Assembly (NCBI GenBank): GCA_002269645.1
Contig: NIVC01000184.1
Coordinates: 496,001-560,000 of the forward strand
Origin: Macrostomum lignano
Taxonomy: Eukaryota
DNA length: 64,000 bases
Reading direction: 5' to 3'
The position numbers were made by a program, and so were the translations under genes. The first letter of the stretch is position 1. Every line of letters starts with the position of its first letter. Under the pieces are notes generated by a model. That model searched no databases, had not been told where the DNA came from, and worked only from the letters and a program-made list of their open reading frames with translations. Positions 12,704 to 23,898 of this stretch are shown piece after piece.

Positions 12704-13867
12704 TCCATCATTTTCCCTGTCCTCTCTATTCCTGTCCAGTCCATCACTTCCCTGTCCTCTCTATTCCTGTCCAGTCCATCACTTTCCCTGTCCTCTCTAT
12801 TCCTGTCCAGTCCATCACTTTCCCTGTCCTCTCTATTCCTGTCCAGTCCATCACTTTCCCTGTCCTCTCTATTCCTGTCCAGTCCATCACTTCCCTGTCC
12901 TCTATTCCTGTCCAGTCCATCACTTTCCCTGTCCTCTCTATTCCTGTCCAGTCCATCACTTTCCCTGTCCTCTCTATTCCTGTCCAGTCCATCACTTCCC
13001 TGTCCTCTCTATTCCTGTCCAGTCCATCACTTTCCCTGTCCTCTCTATTCCTGTCCAGTCCATCACTTTCCCTGTCCTCTCTATTCCTGTCCAGTCCATC
13101 AATTCCCTGTCCTCTATTCCTGTCCAGTCCATCACTTTCCCTGTCCTCTCTATTCCTGTCCAGTCCATCACTTCCCTGTCCTCTATTCCTGTCCAGTCCA
13201 TCACTTCCCTGTCCTCTCTATTCCTGTCCAGTCCATAAATTCCCTGTCCTCTCTATTCCTGTCCAGTCCATCACTTCCCTGTCCTCTCTATTCCTGTCCA
13301 GTCCATCACTTTCCCTGTCCTCTATTCCTGTCCAGTCCATCACTTCCCTGTCCTCTCTATTCATGTCCAGTCCATCACTTCCCTGTCCTCTATTCCTGTC
13401 CAGTCCATCACTTCCCTGTCCTCTATTCCTGTCCAGTCCATCACTTCCCTGTCCTCTATTCCTGTCCAGTCCATCACTTCCCTGTCCTCTCTATTTCTGT
13501 CCAGTTATCACTTTTCCTGTCCTCTCCATTCCTGTCCAGTTATCACTTTTCCTGTCCTCTCTATTCCTGTCCAGTCCATCACTTCCCTGACCTCTCTATT
13601 CCTGTCCAGTCCATCACTTCCCTGTCCTCTATTCCTGTCCAGTCCATCACTTTCCCTGTCCTCTCTATTCCTGTCCAGCTATCACTTTCCCTGTCCTCTC
13701 TATTCCTGTCCAGTCCATCACTTCCCTGTCCTCTCTATTCCTGTCCAGTTATCACTTCCCTGTCCTCTCTATTCCTGTCCAGTTATCACTTCCCTGTCCT
13801 CTCTATTCCTGTCCAGTCCATCACTTCCCTGTCCTCTATTCCTGTCCAGTCCATCACTTCCCTGTCT
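12704..13867. repeat. Pyrimidine-rich minisatellite, ~33-36-bp unit TTCCCTGTCCTCTCTATTCCTGTCCAGTCCATCACT
   Basis: Direct inspection. Confidence 0.97.
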
Positions 13868-15450
13868 TCTGTATCACAATTTTGTGAGACTTTATTGAGT
13901 ATAGATGTAGCTCTAATTGAAGCTACTTAGAGCTATACTTAACACGTAAACTGCTTCATCAATCAAACAAATCCGCATAATCGGTGGCTTTATATATTTA
14001 AAAAAATCACCTGCTCCCGTCTTGCCCACCGCAAGCACTGTCTATTAGTTATGAACAAGTATCTGAGCAAGCAAGCGGAGTTTGACGACGCTAAGATGAG
14101 CAGCTGCATCAAAAAAGCCTCGTGGCTTTAAGCTGTGACACTTTCACTTCTGGCTAGGATACAAACTTTACAGATATGAGTAAAGATATTAAAGTGTTTA
14201 CAAAATAGGCCACTCTACGGATACTGTAGAGACTTGCCGATAAAGAAGGTTTAACCCCCTCAGGGTCAACCTCCAAGATTGATGAAGAGAAATGGAGAGA
14301 AAGAGAGCAAAATGAGATTACAAAGACTTTTGCAAGTTCGGAGTTCAACAAGACCCTTGAATGTTGTCACACAGCACTGATACGGCAGTCGACATCTTAA
14401 AAAATATATAATCTTTGTTTGCAAACAGGATCTTGCGGAGAACTGGGGAAAAAACAGCCCGGGCTATATAGCCATTGGGATAGCTGTGTGCTCAGTGAAC
14501 TATGACGGATGACGACTGAGTGGGATCTGGATTCTAGATCTAACTATAATGGAGTCGAATAATTGAGGAACTAGACGAGTTGGAAAATTGAAGCAAAAAG
14601 AGGCTGCATGAGACGGCACCTGGCACACCTGCCTGCCTGTCTGGGCCGTGTTTTTTAATTTCTTTCAGATAAAAAGATAGAAAAGTTGTCTTCTGCTGCA
14701 GGGGGGGGGGGCAGGCCTCGATGGGAGACAATGACAGGGGAAGGGGGGCAGCTCTGGGACCAGCCATCACATCCTACTCAAAAACTGGAAACGCTGCAGG
14801 GAAAGTGTTCTTCCCTAGGGATTGTAGAGATATTCGCGAATTCGGTGAATTTATCGAACAGTTGGCTCGGGAGAAGCTGCTGAAGGAGCCACTGACCCCC
14901 CAATCCCACCCCCGAGCCCGCCCCCTTAGCGCTATAATTAGCGGGCTCACGGGGACCAGGATGTCGCAGGATCAACCGGTGGCCCGTGAGGGTGTCATGT
15001 CCAAGCTCGGGGTGATGAGCCTGTAATAGATGAGGCATTACGCCAGTTCAAAGAAACTTGAAAACAGCAGCCCTATAGCCCTGCAGTCCCAGCACCTGCC
15101 TGCTTCAGCCCTTTCAGGGGCGTCTGTTGCAGAATTTGAGCTTACAAAACTGGAATAGACGTGTTTGATCCCAATCGCAACTTTGTCTCAGAGAATTAAG
15201 CTATATCTTATAATAGACAAAGATTGCAATAATATTAACTGTGCAGTCCATTAAATCTACATAGCTTGTCTTATATAATCACTGTCGCTTATCTTCAGTC
15301 TTCAATTTATAGCCAGAGGCACTGATGGACTAAAGCGTTATTATAAACCGCTTGAGAATAGAAATTATATAGGCTAGCAGGATTGAGGATTGGGTGAGAG
15401 GTAAGGCATGCGATTAATGCTGGTAATTCTAGACGAGCTCGTGGTATCGA

Positions 15451-16099
15451 GAATTCAAGGCGATTCTCAATGGGGAATTATAGGCGATTCTCAATGGGGA
15501 ATTATAGGCGATTCTCAATGGGGAATTATAGGCGATTCTCAGTGGGGAATTATAGGCAATTCTCAATGGGGAATTATAGGCGATTCTCAATGGGGAATTC
15601 AAGGCGATTCTCAGTGGGGAATTATAGGCGATTCTCAATGGGGAATTATAGGCGATTCTCATGGGGAATCCGAGGCGATTCTCATGGGGAATCCGAGGCG
15701 ATTCTCATGGGGAATCCCAGGCGATTCTCATGGGGAATCCAAAGCGATTCTCATGTGGAATCCGAGGCGATTCTCATGGGGAATCCGAGGCGATTCTCAT
15801 GGGGAATCCGAGGTGATTCTCATGGGGAATTTGAGGTGATTCTCATTTGGATTTTGAGGCGATTCTCATGGGGAATCCGAGGCGATTCTCATGGGGAATC
15901 CGAGGCGATTCTCATGGGGAATCCCAGGCGATTCTCATGGGGAATCCAAAGCGATTCTCATGTGGAATCCGAGGCGATTCTCATGGGGAATCCGAGGCGA
16001 TTCTCATGGGGAATCCGAGGTGATTCTCATGGGGAATTTGAGGTGATTCTCATTGGGATTTTGAGGTGATTCTCATTGGGAATCCGAGGCGATTCTCAT
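15451..16099. repeat. Compound minisatellite: 24-bp AGGCGATTCTCAATGGGGAATTAT switching to 23-bp GAGGCGATTCTCATGGGGAATCC, with a 207-bp (9-unit) higher-order duplication
   Basis: The variant unit AAAGCG occurs at 15741 and 15948, 207 bp apart, with the same run of neighbouring variants. Confidence 0.95.
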
Positions 16100-16791
16100 A
16101 GACAAGAAGAGATCTGAGAAATTTATTCCAAAGGAGCAGTGGTAGTTTGTATGAAAGCAATTAAAATTAATTTTTTAAATCCTAGAGTTGAAAAGTAAGT
16201 TCTGATATAAACAATTAATATTTTGATAGAGTCACCTTTGAACTCTTCCTATTCAGTTACGTAAGTCTCTACTTCACTGTGCCATGAAAAGCGCTCTGTT
16301 AATATTAAACAATTTAAAAAGCCGAATTAAAAACTACACGCTCGACTTGAGTTGCCAACTCTGGGTTTCGAGTATAGCTATATGCAGTAGATGTATATAA
16401 AGCAGTCTGGTTGCGATGCGGTCACCAAATTGCAAAGTGAAGACTAACCCCTATTTCAATAAGATCCTTGTTAAGTCCGTAACGGATGTTAGAACCCTGC
16501 GATCTCTTCCACTCACTCGAATTCTCTTCTCATTCGCATGCCGCTTTCCCTTTTCGTGCCTCCTCTTCTAATCGAAAATTAGCCTCGTTTAGAAGAAAGT
16601 GAGCAACAAAGACTGGCAGGGGAAGCTTTGTGAAGGCGGGGCGAGAAGGGTGGTGGGTGGGTGGGGGATTCTAGAGACCCGAGGAGGGCCAGGACCCCCC
16701 GCAGCAATGTCCGACGACTGCTCAGGATTCGCGAAAGATTTCGCGCAATCCAAGCCAAGGAGACTTCAGTTCGAACCTGGGATCTGGAGTG

Positions 16792-17050
16792 CCTAAATTT
16801 TACAAATCCCCTAATTTCACAAATCCCCTAATTTCACAAATCCCCTAATTTCACAAATCCCCTAATTTTACAAATCCCCTAATTTCACAAATCCCCTAAT
16901 TTCACAAATCCCCAAATTTCACAAAATCCCAAAATTTCACAAATCTCAAAAGTTTCATAAACCCCCGAATTCCACAACTCCTTCAAATTAATAAACTCCA
17001 AATTTCAAAATCCCCAAATTTTTCAAATCCCAAAATTTCGTAAATCCCCA
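16792..17050. repeat. 17-bp minisatellite AAATCCCCTAATTTCAC, decaying to the right
   Basis: Direct inspection. Confidence 0.9.
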
Positions 17051-17512
17051 AATTTGGGGATAAGAATTTCGCATGGAAGTCCAGTTGTTGTTGTGGTGTT
17101 GCGAAAGTTGTGAAATGCGAATTGCCATCCACCATAGTTTAGAATTTTATTCTCTCTTACAGTTTCAGGCTCAAAAACAAGAACGGGTTTCATTGTGCCT
17201 GAAATTGTTGTTAAAGATCTCCTTGCCTCAGCTTCATCATAATCATCCCATTACTGAGCGGAGGCTGCGATCCGCTTGGCTGAATCGAAGTGCCGACTGA
17301 TCATCTACACACTGACCCTGTCACAATAATTATTATAACTAGCGGCCATTAGGCATTAAACTCAACGGACTCAGGTGGGGCGGAATCAGGACCGATTGAG
17401 GAGCCCTCGCTCTGCATGACCGTCTGCTTTGGTCGCACGCCACTTCGCTTTGTTAAGTCCAGGGCTGCCGGCGTGTCCATTTGGCCAACAGTGTGGGAAA
17501 TGACCGACTCGC

Positions 17513-17660
17513 ATAAACGGGAATCTTCCCATAAACTGGAAACTCCCGATAAACTGGAATCTTCCCATAAACTGGAAACTCCCGATAAACTGGAAACTTA
17601 CCATAAACTGGAAACACCCGTAAACTGGAAACACCCCATAAACTGGAAGCTCACCATTAA
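17513..17660. repeat. 18-bp minisatellite ATAAACTGGAAACTCCCG-like
   Basis: Direct inspection shows ~8 copies. Confidence 0.9.
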
Positions 17661-17824
17661 CAGGAAAATCCACAATCTAGAAGGCCTTATCAATTAGATA
17701 TCACATGACAGTTAAACATGCAGATTTTGCTGAAGTGCCGGCTTAGTAATTCAATTTCCTGTGACATGAAACTTCTTGCTTGAAGTCCAAGTCCAAATAA
17801 CGGCAATATCTTTTGTCCAGGAGA

Positions 17825-17825
<1 letters not shown>

Positions 17826-17881
<56 letters not shown>

Positions 17882-17895
17882 GTCTATCTATCTAA

Positions 17896-17944
<49 letters not shown>

Positions 17945-17966
17945 GTCTATCTATCTATCTATCTAA

Positions 17967-18035
<69 letters not shown>

Positions 18036-18139
18036 GTCTATCTATCTATCTATCTATCTATCTGTCTATCTAATATCTGTCTATCTATCCGTCTGTCTAT
18101 CTATCTGTCTGTCTATCTATCTATCTATCTATCTATCTG

Positions 18140-18170
<31 letters not shown>

Positions 18171-18582
18171 GTGTATCTAATATCTGTCTATCTATCTGTC
18201 TGTCTATCTATCTATCTATCTATCTATCTGTCTATCTAATATCTGTCTATCTATCTGTCTGTCTATCTATCTATCTATCTATCTATCTGTCTATCTATCT
18301 ATCTATCTGTCTATCTAATATCTGTCTATCTATCTGTCTGTCTATCTATCTGTCTGTCTATCTATCTATCTATCTATCTATCTGTCTATCTATCTATCTA
18401 TCTATCTATCTGTGTATCTAATATCTGTCTATCTATCTGTCTGTCTATCTATCTATCTATCTATCTATCTGTCTATCTAATATCTGTCTATCTATCTGTC
18501 TGTCTATCTATTTGTCTGTCTATCTATCTATCTATCTATCTGTCTATCTAATATCTGTCTATCTATCTGTCTGTCTATCTAT
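17826..18582. repeat. (TCTA/TCTG)n microsatellite (GATA/Bkm-type)
   Basis: Direct inspection. Confidence 0.99.
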
Positions 18583-19604
18583 AGGACTACAATAGCTTAT
18601 TTTACGTTAAAAGAGCGAATAAATATGGAGGCGTGAATGGCATTTCCAAATTAATAGTAGCTATGGTGGACACGCAATGTTGACCCAGATAAATCGGTTT
18701 TGTAATATAAAAAAAAGTGTAGCAAAATATTTTATTTAAACAAACAAGGTGAAGTATTTTTTGCGATTACAATCGTAAAATATATAAGTCAGAATTACGA
18801 AATTTGAATACTATTTTTATATTTGAGATCAGAACACTATTTAATGCAGACTGCTAATGCAAAACCGTAGAAAAGTACAATTTTTTGAAAAGCGAATATT
18901 GTATAGTTAAAAGTATTGCACAAAACTTTAGTTTATAGTAAGCTGATAAAAATTGCGATCAAAAAACGTTATAAAAAGGTTCAATACAGTTTGCGAAGCT
19001 TCCTTAATGCGAAATCGATAAAAAAACGAACTAAAGTACTAACGCGTGGAAGACAGGCAGCAGTATTTAATGCATGAGAATTAGCATACTTTGATTACAG
19101 CTTAATAAAAGCAACGTAATTATTTTAAATTATAAAAAATGTAGATCCTTACAAAACTTTTGAGCTGCACTACTGACAAAGACGGCCAGTCAGTAGCATA
19201 ATAATGACCGAAAATAAGTTAATAGGTAGGTAGGTAACGGTTTTAAGGGCGATTAATGCTTCTCAATTTTACAACAGATGAAGTTCCTAATTACACTACT
19301 GGTACGGAGGAGACAGAAAGTAGATACTTGATTCAGTATTTTAAAAAAAAGTTTACACCAAAGCACAGATACAAGAATGAGTACTAGATATGCCATTCGC
19401 AAAAAGCGCAATCTACTTTTTATTCGCTTCTGGCTTTCCACAAGCAGACACATTAGATTAGCATTTTCATCCCGCTTTACTGACTTCAGACCGCTTCAGA
19501 TTCGAAAATTCATTCATTCTTAACCTCGTCCTCCTATTTAAGTATTCGCTGGTCTTAGTAATTTTAGTATGTTTGAGCCAAATAAACAAAATACTCAAAC
19601 TGCA

Positions 19605-22600
19605 CTACTGACAAAGCTGGCTAGTCAGTAGCATAATAAGCACCGACAAAAAATAATAGAAAATCAGATTAGAACCGAAGCCAATCATAGCGGCGCCACT
19701 GGTCAGGACGCGGACAGTTCCGGCGGACAAATCTGCCGCAGTCAACCTGACGCTGCTGATGGCGGCGCGACGCTGACGCGCCAACAAAACGGCGCCAGTA
19801 GAGGAGTCGCAGCCACGACAGCCGATAGCGTCGGATCGATTGCAAACGCTTCGATTGCAATGCACGTAGAGCTTGCCAGATGCGTCAGCTGTATTGAAAC
19901 GGAATGCTAGAAACTGCAGGCCTACAATCCGATCCGAGACGTCAATTAGTCGAACATTGGCTGTTGGGCACCGGTTGACCAGCAGGTCGTAGCGCGGCAG
20001 TGAGCCACTATCAGGCCGATCAGTAGCCCAGCATTCCAATAGTTGCAGTCGCACAGACAACGAATCGTCAACATTTAACAGTCGAATCCGGGCAAATATT
20101 GGTTGGCCCAACTGTACAGCCGATTGACGATGCTCGTTCAACGGCTGTTGGAATACGAACCCGCGACCGTCGGCCGATAGGGATAATCGAGCAAATAAAC
20201 CAATATCCGTGAGGAATTTTGCTTGGCCAGCAGATTCAGACATTGGAATTGAGGCCACGGCTACAGCCGGAGCAGCGAGGCTGTCCCGACTGGGCAGAGC
20301 GCACAGGATGGGATATTTCAATGGGATATCCGTGTATACCGGGGCAGATGAAGCTGAGTTTGAGATTGACGAAGCTGGCAATAGGCGGAGTTCCATGCGG
20401 TACAACTGGTGAGAGCTGTTGTAGCCTTGGCTGACGTTGCACTCCGTGTAGGGCAGCTGCGGGGAGGAGGGAGTGTGTGGGGTGAGGGGCGATTCTGTGT
20501 GGGGTGAAGGGCGATTCTGTGTGGTGTGGGGGGGATTCTGTGTGGTGTGAGGGGCGATTCTGTGTGGGGTGAGGGGCGATTCTGTGTGGGGTGAAGGGCG
20601 ATTCTGTGTGGTGTGGGGGGATTCTGTGCGGTGTGAGGGGCGATTCTGTGTGGTGTGGGGGGATTCTGTGTGGTGTGGGGGGATTCTGTGTGGTGTGAGG
20701 GGCGATTCTGTGTGGGGTGAGGGGCGATTCTGTGTGGGGTGAAGGGCGATTCTGTGTGGTGTGGGGGGATTCTGTGCGGTGTGAGGGGCGATTCTGTGTG
20801 GGGTGAGGGGCGATTCTGTGTGGGGTGAAGGGCGATTCTGTGTGGGGTGAAGGGCGATTCTGTGTGGTGTGGGGTGATTCTGTGTGGTGTGAGGGGCGAT
20901 TCTGTGTGGGGTGAGGGGCGATTCTGTGTGGGGTGAAGGGCGATTCTGTGTGGTGTGGGGGGATTCTGTGCGGTGTGAGGGGCGATTCTGTGTGGGGTGA
21001 GGGGCAATTTTGTGTGGGGCGATTCTGTGTGGGGTGAAGGGCGATTCTGTGTGGGGTGAAGAGCGATTCTGTGTGGTGTGATGGTCGATTCTGTGTGGGG
21101 TGAGGGGCGATTTTGTGTGGGGCGATTCTGTGTGGGATGAAGGGCGATTCTGTGTGGGGTGAAGAGCGATTCTGTGTGGGGTGAGGGGCGATTCTGTGTG
21201 GGGTGAGGGGCGATTCTGTGTGGGGTGAGGGGCGATTCTGTGTGGGGTGAGGGGCGATTCTGTGTGGGATGAAGGGCGATTCTGTGTGGGGTGAGGGGCG
21301 AATCTGTGTGGGGTGAGGGGGATTCTGTGTGGGGAGAGGAGGGATTGCTAGACTGACACTAAACAAGAAATGCTTACATCCAGCCATACGTGAGTAGCAT
21401 TGGCGCCGCGAGCAGCTCCGCTGCAATTGGCCGCAGGGTGCACACCAGATGACTCCAAAGTCAGCCGATCAGCCGTAGTCACACCGTCAGACAATTTAAA
21501 AGCCACACGAAATGCCCGATCGCTGCACTCAACCGTAGCGTTTGGTCTCTTGTTAACGGTGTCGCCTTGTGGCAGACATTCCAGCCGGGCTAAACCGGAT
21601 TTGCAGCCGCCGCTGCTACTAGGAGCACTAACAGTTGTACAGTTGTCAAGCCAGTTGCCAGGAGAGGCAATAGCACCGTTGCTTCTGCTGCAGGTCAGTA
21701 CAATGCCATCTGTTCTGGCATCGCTAGTGCTGGCTGGTAGACGGCTGGGTAGGCCGATGAACGAACTGGAAAAGTGCATGACTAGTGAGTGTACTTTAGC
21801 TGCCACTGAGGTGGAGTTCATCTGGTGGTTGAAAAGGGGCTATTCTCAGGGCGAATCTGAATGTGTCCTAAGGCCTAAGGGCGATAATCAATGTGTTCTA
21901 TGGGCGATTCCCAATGTGTCCTATGGGCGATTCCAAATGTGTTTTATGGGCGACTCCAAATGTGTCCTAAGGGCAATTCTCATGTGTCCTAAGGGCTATC
22001 CAAAACAGACCTAGTGGCAGAGAAGCAGAAAAGCAGATACTTCGACCTCACCCATAGCACAGAGCGGAGCAGAAAGCATGCGCCTCCGCTACACCGAACT
22101 GATCTGCGCAAACGCTTCGCCCATCGAATAGCGGGCGGTTTCTGCGCAATTCAACAGACCGATGGCCGTACATTGAGCTGCCAATGTCAGCGCAACGACT
22201 GACGCCACCGTTAGGGACTACGGGTGGAATTACAGGCACAGGCGATGTTCTTGCAGGTGAAGTAGGCAGCCCTGAGCCGCTGTGACAGCTGATCTGCACC
22301 AGGTTCTCCGGCCTGCGGCATTGGCTGGGTATATCTCGGCCAATCACGTATTTACAAGCGATCGATAGATCCCAGGTGCTTCGTATGTTCAACTGTGGGG
22401 CGGAAAAATTCAAAGTAAACTACTATTAGTAGGCTTAAATATGCAAAGGCATCTAAGCACTTATCAGAATCTCAGCTACTATCATCAATCTACTCTACCG
22501 GATTCATTAGCTACTATTATCAATCTACTCTACCGGATTCATTAGCTACTATCATCAATCTACTCTACCGGATTCATTAGCTACTATCATCAATCTACTC

Positions 22601-23898
22601 TACCGGATTCATTAGCTACTATCACCAATCTACTCTACCGGATTCATTAGCTACTATCATCAATCTACTCTACCGGATTCATTAGCTACTATCATCAATC
22701 TACTCTACCGGATTCATTAGCTACTATCATCAATCTACTCTACCGGATTCATTAGCTACTATCATCAATCTACTCTACCGGATTCATTAGCTACTATCAT
22801 CAATCTACTCTACCAGATTCATTAGCTACTATCATCAATCTACTCTACCGGATTCATTAGCTACTATCATCAATCTACTCTACCGGATTCATTAGCTACT
22901 ATCATCAATCTACTCTACCGGATTCATTAGCTACTATCATCAATCTACTCTACCGGATTCATTAGCTACTATCATCAATCTACTCTACCGGGTTCATTAG
23001 CTACTATCATCAATCTACTCTACCGGATTCATTAGCTACTATCACCAATCTACTCTATCAGATGCTCAGCTACTATCATCAATCTGCCCTACCAGATACT
23101 TAGCTACTATCATCAATCTACTCTACCAGGTGCTCAGCTACTATCATTAATCTACTTTACCAGATGCCTCAGCTACTATCATCAATCTACTTTACCAGAT
23201 GCCTCAGCTACTATCATCAATCTACTTTACCAGATGCCTCAGCTACTATCATCAATCTACTTTACCAGATGCCTCAGCTACTATCATCAATCTACTTTAC
23301 CAGATGCCTCAGCTACTATCATCAATCTACTTTACCAGATGCCTCAGCTACTATCATCAATCTACTTTACCAGATGCCTCAGCTACTATCATCAATCTAC
23401 TTTACCAGATGCCTCAGCTACTATCATCAACCTACCCTACCAGATACTCAGCCACAGCAGCTCACATTAAAATCGTCGCAGTCCCTAATCGCAATAACAG
23501 GAGAGGCTGCAGGAGGCTCAGACTCAGAGGCGGATAGTTGAGCAACGTTCAGGGAGGCATTAAATCCCATTAGTACGCAGGCCAGACGAGTAGCGTGCAA
23601 ATCAAATTTGCCAAGGTTGCACACCGGACCAGATGTGCCATCTGACAGTTCAATAACTAAGAAGCCAAAGTGCTGATTTGAACTGCCAGCATTAGTGTGA
23701 AAGCGAACATTTGTTGGACGCGGCAAAGTGGACACAGCAGTAACAGTAGCTACGGGCACTGCATAGTTAAATAAAGGCACTTATTGATATTTCAGGCTCT
23801 TGAAGTAACTGCTCAATGTTTTAGTAAATAAGTTGAAGCCTCATGAAAACAGCAAACTTACACAATATTCCAAGAAAGGTTAGAACAAGAATGCTCAT
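19605..23898 (-). CDS. Secreted SRCR-SRCR-ZP domain protein with furin site and hydrophobic, GPI-like tail (DMBT1/uromodulin-like), 5 exons, 636 aa
   Basis: Exons (minus strand) are 23898-23862, 23758-23466, 22392-22052, 21765-21378 and 20456-19605, all GT-AG and phase-consistent (1,0,2,0), totalling 1911 nt. Motifs: signal peptide MSILVLTFLGILLPVATVTA; SRCR-like GPVCNLGKFDLHATRLACVLMGF and GRSVCADQFGVAEAHAFCSALCY; ZP-N VECSDRAFRVAF...WLDLPYTEC; ZP-C LLECWAT, YDLLVNRCP, FLAFRF, LYVHC; furin site RQRR; hydrophobic C-terminus. Confidence 0.85.
20474..21331. repeat. G-rich intronic minisatellite, ~20-22-bp unit GGGCGATTCTGTGTGGGGTGA (intron 4 of the ZP gene)
   Basis: Direct inspection. Confidence 0.97.
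21846..22000. repeat. Degenerate ~24-25-bp minisatellite GGGCGATTCCAAATGTGTCCTA (intron 3 of the ZP gene)
   Basis: Direct inspection shows ~6 copies. Confidence 0.85.
22471..23452. repeat. 35-bp intronic minisatellite AGCTACTATCATCAATCTACTCTACCGGATTCATT, switching to a ...TTTACCAGATGCCTC variant (intron 2 of the ZP gene)
   Basis: Direct inspection shows two homogeneous blocks, ~22475-23050 and ~23130-23430. Confidence 0.97.

Noticed and set aside
14440-15060. Coding-like GC-rich fragments (e.g. ORF 14721-15026)
   Set aside because: Multiple stops, no recognisable domain and no consistent splice model.
22012-22051. Strong internal acceptor (CTGCTTCTCTGCCACTAG|GT) in ZP intron 3, suggesting a recursive splice site or microexon
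   Set aside because: Direct splicing from 22052 to 21765 already restores the frame. Using this site gives a stop unless a weak donor is invoked, so it is unsupported without reads.
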